Shown here in pieces: positions 11,453-23,234 of a stretch of DNA of 64,000 bases. Numbering within the stretch: position 1 is the stretch's first letter; each line of letters opens with the position of its first letter. The DNA is from Mobula hypostoma (taxonomy: Eukaryota). The stretch covers positions 82,834,001 through 82,898,000 of the forward strand of contig NC_086108.1 of the NCBI RefSeq assembly GCF_963921235.1, given 5' to 3'. The position numbers and the translations under genes are program-made. The notes beneath the pieces were generated by a model. It saw only the letters and a program-made list of their open reading frames with translations. It had not been told where the DNA came from and did no database searches.

Positions 11453-12229
11453 GGGGATACTTGAGTATGAATCAAATGAAAGGTAACAGTTAAACTAAAT
11501 TAAACAAATGTATATCTGAAATGAAATTACCCAAAGTCTGTTCCCCACAAAGCTCTATTGGCACTGTGCGTTGTTTTAGGACTTCAACACTGGCAAGCAA
11601 TGGACTCCAGTTAGGTACCCTGAAGCAGTTCACCTCTTCAAGTCTAACAAGACCTACTGGTGCGTCCGGGTTGGAATGAATCACATGGAAAGTCAAAGGC
11701 ACTGAAGCAGTGTTCTTTTTTGGACAACTGATTGCAGGCTCAGCATGTGCAATTAACTCTTGAATCCTCCTTATCTCAGTCACTACTGTCTCAACATACT
11801 TAGGGATGTGGCTCTGAATTGAAAGTTTATATAAATTAACCTGTCACTAAGTATAGGCTCTGTTCAACCCAGCAGTGCCCTGAATGACTACATGTACTGG
11901 CCATGGATTTCCATCCTTCTATCTCAGAACAGCGCATTTTTTACACTTCTAAATCAGATGCAACATTAATAGGCCCTATTACTACCACCAGTCATCAATA
12001 TCACTCAGACAAAAAATATCAAATATTTCATAGCAGAAAAAAAGCAGCATTGGTCATGAAAAGTGCAGGTTGAAGATCATTATCCAGTTTGGCATCTACT
12101 AATATGTAATATTTGAAACAATATAAGACATGATTCAATCTCTGAGACAGTGGCCATGGTCTCGTTGCCTCATTGGCTGCTCTCTGCCACTTAAAAGGCA
12201 GAAGCACTACCTGGTTCAATAGAAGTAGT

Positions 12230-12345
12230 TTCAGTCCTGATGAAAACGTTTCAGACCAAAACGTTGACAATTCCTTCATCCCCACCCCATCCCCCCCCCC
12301 ACCACAGATGCTGCTCAACTCGTTGAGTCCCTCCAGAAGATTGTT
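12230..12345 (+). mobile_element. Penelope-like terminal fragment starting at a degenerate hammerhead
   Basis: CAGTCCTGATGAAAACGTTTCAGACCAAAACGTTGAC..CACAGATGCTGCTCAACTCGTTGAGTCCCTCCAG. Confidence 0.7.
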
Positions 12346-12534
12346 CTCTTTTTCAATAAAATCACTCCTTTTGTATTTGTTGTTTTTAATTTGGAGGAAT
12401 GGAGAAGCCTTATATTATAGCATGACCACATATGAGGTTAGAATTTTTGTTTCAATAGGATAGTAAATGAGTTGTGTTTTATGACCAAAAGTAAGATCAT
12501 GTTTATTTATTGCTGAGGCAACTCCCATTCAAAC

Positions 12535-13577
12535 AGGAGGGCTCCTGTGCTGTGGAAGATGTCCTGCCTTTTCCCTGTGCCAAAGACGCCGCTCCCCAGC
12601 GGCCTCAATGACTACAGACCGGTGGCATTGACCTCCCACATCATGAAGACCCTGGAGAGACTTGTTCTGGAGCTGCTCCGGCCTATGGTCAGGCCACGCT
12701 TAGATCCCTTCCAGTTCGCCTACCAGCCCCGACTAGGAGTTGAGGATGCCATCGTCTACCTACTGAACCATGTCTACGCCCACCTGGACAAGCCAGCGAG
12801 CACTGTGAGGGTCATGTTTTTTGACTTCTCCAGTGCGTTCAACACCATCCCCCCTGCTCTGCTGGGGGAGAAGCTGACAGCGATGCAGGTGGATGCTTTC
12901 CTGGTGTCATGGATTTTTGATTATCTGACTGGCAGACCACAGTACGTGTGCTTGCAACACTGTGTGTCTGACACAGTGATCAGCAGCACTGGGGCTCCAC
13001 AGAGGACTGTCTTGTCTCCCTTTCTCTTCACCATTTACACCTCGGACTTCAACTGCCGGACGATGCTGAGGATGTTCTACAAGTCTGGGGTGGCCAGTGT
13101 GATCATGTTTGCTGCTGTGTGCTGTGGCAACTGTCTGAGGGTAGCAGACACCAACAGAATCAACAAACTCATTCGTAAGGCCAGTGATGTTGTGGGGATG
13201 GAACTGGACTCTCTGACGGTGGTGTCTGAAAAGAGGATGCTGTCCAAGTTGCATGCCATCTTGGACAATGTCTCCCATCCACTACATAATGTACTGGTTG
13301 GGCACAGGAGTACATTCAGCCAGAGACTCATTCCACCGAGATGCAACACAGAGCGTCATAGGAAGTCATTCCTGCCTGTGGCCATCAAACTTTACAACTC
13401 CTCCCTTGGAGGGTCAGACACCCTGAGCCAATAGGCTGGTCCTGGACTTCCTGACATAATTTATATATTACTATTTAACTATTTATGGTTTTATTACTAT
13501 TTAATTATTTATGGTGCAACTGTAATGAAAACCAATTTCCCCCGGGATCAATAAAGTATGACTATAACTATGACTAC
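12535..13577 (+). mobile_element. Rex1/Babar LINE, 5'-truncated, with internal deletion
   Basis: RT motifs DYRPVALTSHIMKTLERL, QFAY, FFDFSSAFNTI, GAPQRTVLSP; ends AATAAAGTATGACTATAACTATGACTA. Confidence 0.93.
12547..13434 (+). pseudogene. Rex1/Babar reverse transcriptase fragment: 295-codon open frame lacking the catalytic xADD-type motif
   Basis: YTSDFNC joins directly to RTMLRMFY; GTG start within a truncated element. Confidence 0.88.
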
Positions 13578-13931
13578 GCCTAAACTCTGCTTAGTTTGTC
13601 AATAATTCTGAAAAAGGAGGGTTAAATGATCTTTGTGCATTGCAATACATGTGGCATGCAATATTTATGACTTTATATTTCATTGAACTCTCTTCCCTAT
13701 GTGCATGAACTAATTTAAGAATAAAGCTGACATCTTGATGCGTTTGATTTTTTTTCAGCATCAAGATGTGAGTGGAGAGATGGAATATCTTTGTCAATTG
13801 AAGATCTCTAAAATGAGGTTATTGAAGTTCAGAAGTTGGTTTGTACTTTTCTTGCTGAAATTGGTCATGTTCTGCCAGATATCAGGCAAGGTTTTCCTAA
13901 TATTATTTATTTATTTATTTATTTATTTATT

Positions 13932-14238
13932 GGGAGTCTAAAACAAGAGGACACAGCCTCAGAATAGAGGGGCATCCTTTGAGAATGGAGATAAAGAGGA
14001 ATTTCTTTAGCCAGAGAATGGTTCATCTGTGGAATTTTTGCCACAGGCAGCTGTGGAGGCCAAGTCTTTATTTATATTTAAGGCAGGGGTTATAGATTCT
14101 TAATTGGTCAGGGCATGAAAGGATACAGGGAGAAGGCAGGAGACTGGGGATGAGAGGAAAATTGGATAGGTCTTGAAATGGTGGAACAGATTCGATGGGC
14201 CAAATGGCCTAATTCTGCTCCCATATCTTATGGTCTTA
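13932..14238 (+). mobile_element. CR1 3' end inserted next to the (TATT)n tail of a V-SINE
   Basis: GAGGAATTTCTTTAGCCAGAGA..ATCTTATGGTCTTA. Confidence 0.88.
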
Positions 14239-14239
14239 C

Positions 14240-14462
14240 GATACAATGCAGAATAAGCCCTTCTGGTCCTTTGAGCCACACTGTCCAGCTATTCCCTGAT
14301 TTAGTCCTAGCCTAATCATGGGACAATTTACTTACCAACCAGTACGTCTTTGGATTGTAGAAGGAAATTGGAGTACCAGGAGGAAACTGATGTGGTCATG
14401 GGAAGTGGGAAACGTATCTGGGTCACTGGTACTGTAAAGCATTGAGTTAGCCACTACACTAT
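14240..14462 (-). mobile_element. HE1-like V-SINE
   Basis: ACGTCTTTGGATTGTAGAAGGAAATTGGAGTACCAGGAGGAAAC is the reverse of the V-domain. Confidence 0.75.
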
Positions 14463-15329
14463 CATGATTTATTTGTTTGTTTGTTTATTTTTTACCATTG
14501 CTTTTTCTGGTTTTGTTCAGGTTGTCTTCTTTTCCCTATTGGTTGCCTTTGGTTTTGTGCAGTTTTTCATTACTTCTATTGTACTTCTTTGTTCTACTGC
14601 AAATGCCCGCAAGAAAATGAATCTCAGGGTAGTATGTGGTGACATATACGTACTTTGAGAGGCAACTTACTTTGAACTTTGAAAACATATGGGGTAATAA
14701 AATTGCTCTTTAAGTGTTTGATCTTTTTGATATATTGGAGTTTTGGAGGGGAGAGGCCTTCCCAGCGGCATATATTACAGTAAGATCACGGATAAGTGAT
14801 AGGAATATATTTATTCAAAGCATGTGAGGGATTGAATTATGGGTTGACTCATTGATGCTGCGTGCATATTTCAGGATTTGTTACTAAGAGCATAGGTTGG
14901 GGTGAAAACAACCCTTTAGTGATCAAAGCTTGCTAAAGCATAATGTAAGTTTTGGGGATCTTCCATAGATGCCTCAGTGAAATTGCAATGCAGGAGTTAC
15001 AGGGCTCATAAATGTATTTCATTCAGTCTACAGCAAATTATGATCACAAACTCTGCGTCTATCAACTTCATGAATCTTACACTGAAGCTTTGTATCCAAA
15101 ATAATTTGTATTAAATTATGATATTGACTGGGTAGAAGAGTCGCTAAGAATCATTACAAATTATTTATTCAAAATAACCCCGTTACAGTTGTTAGTTCAA
15201 GCATCATTGCATAACAACGTCTGAAAGCACTGGCTGGAGGCCAGTGCAAATCAAGATCCCACACTGTTAAATTCCTCTATACGGTATCATGATCCTTTGG
15301 CAGTAACCAAGAATTTACTGAAGGACTTA

Positions 15330-15584
15330 TTTTATGTATTTATTTACTTAGAGACACTGCATGGACCAGGCTGAATGAGCCACACCACCCAGCAACTCAC
15401 CTATTTAAAACTAGCCTAATCACAGGACAACTTGTTTGTTTACAATTATCCTACCAGCTGGAACATCTTTGGGCCGTGGGAGGAAACTGGATCATCTGGA
15501 GGAAACCCAAGCGGTTTGCAACGAGCATGTACAGACAGTGCTGGATTTGAACTCTGAACTCTGGAACACCGGAGCTGTAATAGT
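15330..15584 (-). mobile_element. HE1-like V-SINE
   Basis: CATCTTTGGGCCGTGGGAGGAAACTGGATCATCTGGAGGAAACCCA is the reverse of the V-domain. Confidence 0.75.
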
Positions 15585-15740
15585 AACACCTACAAAATGC
15601 TGGAGCAACTCAGCAGGCCAGGCAGCATCCATGGAAAAGAGTAAACAGTCGATGTTTCGGGCCAAGTAACTTTTTCAGGATTCTTGGTCCGAAACCTTGA
15701 CTGTTTATTCTTTTCCATAGATGCTGCCTGGCACTTCTCC

Positions 15741-15773
<33 letters not shown>

Positions 15774-15813
15774 GCTTTGAATCTCCAACATCTGCAGATT
15801 TTCTTGTGTTTGC
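15585..15813. mobile_element. Miniature Penelope-like element with inverted pLTR pieces and expanded (TG)n
   Basis: CCAGGCAGCATCCATGGAAAAGAGTAAACAGTC is inverted as GACTGTTTATTCTTTTCCATAGATGCTGCCTGG; hammerhead remnants at the centre. Confidence 0.85.
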
Positions 15814-16089
15814 ACACTCTAATCGTGATGCACATATGGAGTGGAGGGCATTGCTGAGTTATTTTATTGCCCTTTATCCAGATAATCCATTATTCTTCAC
15901 AAATAACATGAAGTGGAAGTTTAAGAGTAATCAGCTGCAGGTTTTAAAGTAATAATCTAAAGATTAGGAAGTAATAAATTGAAATTCGTGTATTAGTCTG
16001 AGTGAGACTCTGAAGGCTGTCAACTCCCAGCATCAATCCCTCAGCATAGTTCCCTCAAAAAAAATCTCCAGAAATTCAACCGGGATTTG

Positions 16090-16589
16090 TTTTACATTCC
16101 AGAAGAAAGTCCTGGATGCTGATCCCATAGACTGATCTCGCATTCAGGCAGAAGAATAAACGTGTGGCAATGTGTTTCAAAATAAAAGAGGATCTGGAAA
16201 CCTATCTGTAGTGCGATGGGGTTGAGTGACCCTCTTTATTCAATAAATTTGTCAGGGAAAAAAAACATTATTGTGCTGTATCTCAACTTATTTGTTCAGC
16301 GTGCATTCTTCGGCTATTTTAATGTTGTCACTCTGTCTTGTGCACTTAGAAGGCCTTGACAGATCATTCAATTCTCTCCATCATTTAAATGTTAAAAACC
16401 TTGGAAGGGCAGAAGAGATGTGTATATGCATTGGAAAATAATTTGATCTTTCACTAATGCAGGCACAAAGGTGAGGAAACAGTTGACCAGGGGTAATTCC
16501 TGAAAAAGGAAAAGGATTGGTAAGGGTTGGGGGTGGGGGGGGGGTGCTGAGTGGAGAAAGCTCGCGTAGGCGCGAACACGTGGACACAC

Positions 16590-16624
<35 letters not shown>

Positions 16625-17333
16625 TGAATTCGCATCCAGGTTTCATTTGCTAGTCATTGGCAGCAAATTGCATTCTATTTTGGAGAATGACTGCAAAGTT
16701 TGTCGCAGGTGATAATGGCTGAATTTGCAGGCACAAATTGAAATTTATGACATTGAAAATGAGTACCAAAAAAAAAATGCATTTTTTAAAGTAGACAACC
16801 TTCACATCCGAGGGCAAGCCGAGGAGAAATAGGAAAGCTTGATAGGTGCGCATTGTTGGGCACATTAGCGACAATAATGTTGTCGCTGGCGATGTAAATT
16901 GACGTGGTACATAGTCAATAGACACAGTTGGCTGCTCGCAAGTAGGGAAGTACTTAAGGAGTGTCACTGACAAATGAAATATTTTAGGGACTTAATCAGA
17001 ATAATGACTTTCATCAGGCGGTGACAAGTATTACTGCTTCATCGCACCTAAAGAGAAATATGATTGCATACATAGATTTTGTGATCAGCGCGCTTGTACC
17101 CCAGTGGCCCCTGTGAAAGGCAGGAGAAGGTGGCAGCCGGCGCCTCTGGCTCCCACTCGGCTGATAAATCGCTTCCCAGATACAAGGCGGACAAATCCCA
17201 ATCTGCGGCGTGCTGGGTTCATACAGCTCAGCAGCGGGCTGCCCGCTACTTCCAGCATAAACACTAATAAATCTCAGCACTTCCAGCCGCCATCAGTCAG
17301 GTATTGCTGGGAATGCGTTTGTGCAGAAGCTGA

Positions 17334-17335
<2 letters not shown>
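16090..17335. promoter_or_regulatory. Candidate conserved non-coding element / enhancer cluster, locally CpG-rich
   Basis: No recognisable TE; elevated CpG; TGACAG/TGTCA and TAAT motifs; conservation not tested. Confidence 0.4.
16593..16622 (+). repeat. (CA)n microsatellite
   Basis: Directly visible. Confidence 0.95.
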
Positions 17336-17364
<29 letters not shown>

Positions 17365-18230
17365 TTGGCTGTGAGAATTATGCTGGAAAACACACACACA
17401 CCCGAAAGAAGAAAAGTGGGAAAACGGGTGGCGGGAGAAAAGCACGGAATTAAACAGGGGAAATTTTACAAAGGCATTAGAAAGTTAATAAATAGTCGAG
17501 GGGCGGGGGGAGATAAAAAGCGGCAAATTATTTTAGAGAATTATCCAGTGAATAGTTGTCAAAAAGGTTGTATACAGAGGATAAAGGCAATGAAAGCTAG
17601 AAGTACAGAAATAAGAGAGATAAAAGAAGCGGGAGGAGTGGTAAATGATAAGGTACCAACGTAGAATGGGCTCACAAAATAACACACAGAGACCCGCTCC
17701 GGCCTCGACCACCCAGTTGTGGTCTGCACTTGTCACTCGAATCTGCCTGGCACGGGATGAGTGTACTCTAGGTCACTGAAGAGAGATCACCTCAGAGAAA
17801 CAGCCTTGCGTCCTGTTGGGTAGGAACAGGGGTAAAAATGGGATTTTGCTATTTAATCCCGTCCAAACCATTTTATCCCCTACAATACCCTGCACCCCTC
17901 ACCGTCAGCCACAGTCGGGAAAGCGACAGAGGAACACTGTAACATCGGGAATGTGAAAGACTTTGATAGTTGCTGCCGAAAAAAATGAAAATGGAATGAA
18001 ACAAAAAAAGGTAGATTGTGAGATAAATAGTCCGCGTGGAAATCAATTCTAGACTTTTTTTTCAAAGCGATGAATCTGGAGTAAATAGAGGGAAAATGGA
18101 TAAAAAAATAAAAAATAAAAATAAAACTGATGCAAAGCTTTGATGGAAGAAGAAAAATACAACAGATACATCTGAAGGAAACAGTGTAAAATGTGAAAGA
18201 ACAGCAAACTCAGTGACAAAATCCAGGAGA

Positions 18231-21200
18231 ACGAGGGGGGAGAGAGAGAGAGAGAGAGGGGGGGGGGCGGGAGAGAGAGAGAGGGGAGGGAGAGAGAGAG
18301 GAGAGAGAGAGGGGAGAGAGAGAGGGGAGAGAGAGAGAGAGGGGAGAGAGAGAGAGAGGGAGAGAGAGAGAGAGAGGGGAGGGAGAGAGAGAGAGGGGAG
18401 GGAGAGAGAGAGAGGGGAGGGAGAGAGAGGGGAGGGAGAGAGAGAGGGGAGGGAGAGAGAGAGGGGAGGGAGAGAGAGAGGGGAGGGAGAGAGAGGGGAG
18501 AGAGGGGGAGAGAGAGGGAGAGAGAGGGGGAGAGAGAGGGGGAGAGAGAGGGGGGAGAGAGAGGGGGAGAGAGAGGGGGAGAGAGAGGGGGGGAGAGAGA
18601 GGGGGGGAGAGAGAGGGGGGAGAGAGAGGGGGAGAGAGAGGGGGAGAGAGAGAGGGGGAGAGAGAGGGGGAGAGAGAGGGGGGAGAGAGAGGGGGAGAGA
18701 GAGGGGGAGAGAGAGGGGGAGAGAGAGGGGGGAGAGAGGGGGGAGAGAGAGAGGGGGAGAGAGAGGGGGGAGAGAGAGGGGGGAGAGAGAGGGGGGAGAG
18801 AGAGAGGGGGAGAGAGAGAGGGGGAGAGAGAGGGGGAGAGAGAGGGGGGAGAGGGGAGAGAGGGGGAGAGAGAGAGGGGGGGAGAGAGAGAGGGGGAGAG
18901 AGAGGGGGGGAGAGAGAGAGGGGGAGAGAGAGAGGGGGAGAGAGAGAGGGGGAGAGAGAGAGGGGGAGAGAGAGGGGGGAGAGAGAGGGGGGAGAGGGGG
19001 GGAGAGAGGGGGGAGAGAGAGGGGGGAGAGAGAGAGGGGAGAGAGAGAGGGGAGGGAGAGAGGGAGAGGAGAGGGAGGGAGAGGGAGGGAGAGGGAGGGA
19101 GAGGGAGGGAGAGGGAGGGAGAGGGAGGGAGAGGGAGGGAGAGGGAGGGAGAGGGAGGGAGAGGGAGGGAGAGGGAGGGAGAGGGAGGGAGAGAGGAGGG
19201 AGAGGGAGGGAGAGGGAGGGAGAGGGAGAGAGAAGAGAGAGAGGGGAGGGAGAGAGGGGGGAGAGAGAGGGGAGAGAGAGGGGAGAGAGAGAGGGGAGAG
19301 AGAGAGGGGAGAGAGAGAGGGGAGAGAGAGAGGGGAGAGAGAGAGGGGAGAGAGAGAGGGGAGAGAGAGAGGGGAGAGAGAGAGGGGAGAGAGAGAGGAG
19401 AGAGAGAGGGGAGAGAGAGAGGGGAGAGAGAGAGGGGAGAGGGAGAGGGGAGAGGGAGAGGGGAGAGGGAGAGGGGAGAGGGAGAGGGGAGAGGGAGAGG
19501 GGAGAGGGAGAGGGGAGAGGGAGAGGGGAGAGGGAGAGGGGAGAGGGAGAGGGGAGAGGGAGAGGGGAGGGAGAGGGGAGGGAGAGGGGAGGGAGAGGGG
19601 AGGGAGAGGGGAGGGAGAGGGGAGGGAGAGGGAGAGGGGGAGGGAGAGGGAGAGGGGGAGGGAGAGGGGGAGGGAGAGGGGGAGGGAGAGGGGGAGGGAG
19701 AGGGGGAGGGAGAGGGGGAGGGAGAGGGGGAGAGAGAGGGGGAGAGAGAGGGGGAGAGAGAGGGGGAGAGAGAGGGGGAGAGAGAGGGGGAGAGAGAGGG
19801 GGGAGAGAGGGGGAGAGAGAGGGGGGAGAGGGGGGGGAGAGGGGGGAGAGAGAGATGGGGAGAGAGAGAGGGGGAGAGAGAGAGGGGGAGAGAGAGAGGG
19901 GGAGAGAGAGAGGAGGGAGAGAGAGGGGAGGGAGAGAGAGGGGAGGGAGAGAGAGGGGAGGGAGAGAGAGGGGAGGGGGAGAGAGAGGGGAGGGGGAGAG
20001 AGAGAGGAGGGGGAGAGAGAGAGGGGAGGGGGAGAGAGAGAGGGGAGGGGGAGAGAGAGAGGGGAGGGGGAGAGAGAGAGGGGAGGGGGAGAGAGAGAGG
20101 GGAGGGGGAGAGAGAGAGGGGAGGGAGAGAGAGAGGGGAGGGAGAGAGAGAGAGGGGAGGGAGAGAGAGAGAGGGGAGGGAGAGAGAGAGGGGAGGGAGA
20201 GAGAGAGGGGAGGGAGAGAGAGAGGGGAGGGAGGGAGAGAGAGAGGGGAGGGAGGGAGAGAGATGGGAGGGAGAGAGATGGGAGGGAGAGAGATGGGAGG
20301 GAGAAGGGGAGAAGGAGAGGGAAGGAGACGGAGAGAGAGAAAGGGTGAGGTGGGAACAAGAGAGGGAGAGGGAGAAGGAAATGGGGAGGGAGAGCAAGAG
20401 GGAGAGAGAGGGGGAGGGATTGGAACTAGAGAGAAAGAGAGGAAGAGGGGAAAGAGGGAGAGGGGAGAGGGAGGGAAAGAAGAGAGCGAGAGGGAGAGGA
20501 GGAAAGAGGGAGGAGGGATTGGAGCCAGAGAGAAAGAGAGAGGAGAGGTAGAGGCGAGAGGGAGAGGGAGAGGGAGAGGGAGAGGGAGAGGGAGAGGGAG
20601 AGGGAGAGGGAGAGGGAGAGGGAGAGGGAGAGGGAGAGGGAGAGGGAGAGGGAGAGGGAGAGGGAGAGGGAGAGGGAGAGGGAGAGGGAGAGGGAGAGGG
20701 AGAGGGAGAGGGAGAAGGAGAGAGAGGGAGGGAGAGAGGGAGAGGGAGAGGGAGAGGGAGAGGGAGAGGGAGAGGGAGAGGGAGAGGGAGAGGGAGAGGG
20801 AGAGGGAGAGGGAGAGGGAGAGGGAGAGGGAGAGGGAGAGGGAGAGGGAGAGGGAGAGGGAGAGGGAGAGGGAGAGGGAGAGGGAGAAGGAGAGGGAGAA
20901 GGAGAGGGAGAAGGAGAGGGAGAGGGAGAGGGAGAGGGAGAGGGAGAGGGAGAGGGAGAGGGAGAGGGAGAGGGAGAGGGAGAGGGAGAGGGAGAAGGAG
21001 AGGGAGAAGGAGAGGGAGAAGGAGAGGGAGAAGGAGAGGGAGAGAGAGGGAGAGAGAGGGAGAGAGAGGGAGAGAGAGGGAGAGAGAGGGAGAGAGAGGG
21101 AGAGAGAGGGAGAAGGAGAGGGAGAGAGAGGGAGAAGGAGAGGGAGAGAGAGGGAGAAGGAGAGGGAGAGAGAGGGAGAAGGAGAGGGAGAGAGAGGGAG

Positions 21201-21795
21201 AAGGAGAGGGAGGGAGAGGGAGAAGGAGAGGGAGGGAGAGGGAAGGAGAGGGAGAGAGAGGGAGAAGAAGAGGGAGGGAGAAGGAGAAGGAGAGGGAGGA
21301 AGAGGGAGAGAAAGAGAGGAGAGAGAGATAAAGAGAGAGAGGAGAGAAGGAAAGGGGAGGGAGAGCGAGAGAGGGAGAGAAGAAGAGGGAAGTGGGAGAG
21401 AGAGGGAGATGGAGATGGGAAAGGAGGGGGGAGGGGGAGAAGGAGAGGGAGAGGAAGAAAAAGAGGTAGAGAAGGGTAAGAGAGAGAAAGAGAGGGGAAG
21501 ATGGAGAGGGAAGGAGAGAGAGGGAGGTGGGGAGAGAGGGGGAGAGATAGAACGAGAGTGAGGAGAGGAAGAGGGGAGAGGGTGAGGAAGATGGAGAGAG
21601 GGGAGAGAGAGAGAGGGAGGTGAGGAAGACGGAAATGGGGAGAGAGTGGGAGAGGGGACACAGAGAGGTAGAGGGAGAATGAGAGGGAGAGGGAGAAGGA
21701 GATAAGGAAGGAGAACAGAGTGACTGGGGGTGGGGGTGGGAAGAGAGTGAGAGAGGAGAAAGAGAGCACGAGTGAGAATGAGTGAGTGGGGGGGG
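18231..21795 (+). repeat. ~3.5-kb polypurine (G/A) low-complexity tract
   Basis: Almost only G and A; sub-arrays include (GGGAGGGAGA)n at ~19070-19220 and (GGGAGA)n at ~20560-20880. Confidence 0.97.
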
Positions 21796-22539
21796 GAACT
21801 AAAGACCACATGTAAGTGAACGAGGTATAAAGCATTCTGCTAAGAGGTTTAAATCTCATATGTTGAAAATTATGGCTCCCATGATGCCAGGAAAATGAAA
21901 ATCATCTTCAATTACTGCTAGGTTTAAGACATGATTATTTCATGTGCACGATATTAAGGAAATGACAGCGGAAATTCGTCAGGAGAAATTAATACTTAAC
22001 AGTTTTAACAAAGACTCCCCAGTGAGCCTTTTTCTCACCCGCTGTGACACAGCCATGCATTCCAGCCTACTTGTTAAATTCAAGTAACAGTGAGCGGATA
22101 TGAATAAAAGAATCTGTCATATTTAAACAGAAGGGGAAAAATGACAAAAAGGAGAAAACTGCTGGAGAAACAAGAGGAGAAATGTACAGGTCAAGGGCAA
22201 AAGCAGTCATGTATGCATAGGTGATTTTTAAGACCTTTTTTAGCCACTATACTGGTCATGGTATCTTTCTTCTCATATATTTTGACTTGATCCTATGCCA
22301 CTACTCTCCATCCGAACACTAAAAGAGAGCAAACCACCTTGTGAAAAAAGTTTGAGATTTAAAGCAATAGGGGTCTCTAATTGCTATTAATTTTAAGGTT
22401 GTTTCTATTTTTTCCTTTAACCACTCACCGCTTTTAAAATTTCATTAAGTATTCCTTCCTTCCAAAACTATTAATGCTGAACGATGATCACACCCTGAGG
22501 GCAGGGGACTGGGTGGTCGTTCCCTGAATCTCTGCTCCC

Positions 22540-23200
22540 TCGGATTTGAACTCAATTCTGACAAGAGGATAAGGATTATCATTTGGCCTGGCCAAAATAA
22601 AAAGGGGTTGGAGAAGAATATATTGTCATGAATTCACATCCAGCTCAAGAGGATGGGTATAAAGATATGCCGATATAGAATTAGAATGAATGAAACTGTT
22701 GAAATTTGATGACTACTCAGCTAGAAATGATGGCATTTAGTTACTGCTTGGAAAAGAAGGGGTATTCTGCACCCAAGGTTAGGCAATGAAGGTACTGAAT
22801 AATTAGCCTTCTCATCCACTGGAGGTGTTTCAGGGGAATGGGGATTAATAAAATGGTATTACTTACTGGAGTTTATAAGAATGAAAGTCGATTGCAGTGT
22901 GACATTTAAGGTAGATAGGTTGATGCTGTGATGTTTTCTTAGAATGGAGAGTCTGGAACCAAAGGGCTCTGTCTCGGGATAAGGGATTTGCCATTAAAGC
23001 AGAGAAAATTCTTAGGAGATTGTTAATTTCTGAAATCCTCCATCCCAAATTGGTATAATTTGTATTTTCAGACTGCATCTGATAGACCTTGGATACTTTG
23101 GGAATGAAGGAATGTGGAGAACTAGACAAGTTTCATTATCAGCCTTGACCTTAATTAGTGGCAGAGAAAACTCAAAGGGGGCCTAATTTGGAATACTGTG
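22540..23200 (+). mobile_element. Old CR1 fragment
   Basis: Degenerate 3'-end motifs (GAGTCTGGAACCAAAGGGC, ATCAGCCTTGACCTTAATTAGTGGCAGAG). Confidence 0.5.
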
Positions 23201-23234
23201 TGCAGATTTGGTCAGGTACCCACAATAAGATATC

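Noticed and set aside
11490..11783. 97-aa minus-strand ORF next to the hairpin
   Set aside because: Non-ATG start, no recognisable family and no convincing splice context
17104..17664. 186-aa ORF in the CpG-rich island
   Set aside because: GTG start, runs through GA and CA microsatellites, no recognisable domain
18049..21859. Very long ORFs (477-1199 aa) rich in S/P/L or R/G/E
   Set aside because: Purine-only or pyrimidine-only strands cannot contain stop codons; many frames are open at once and no domain is present
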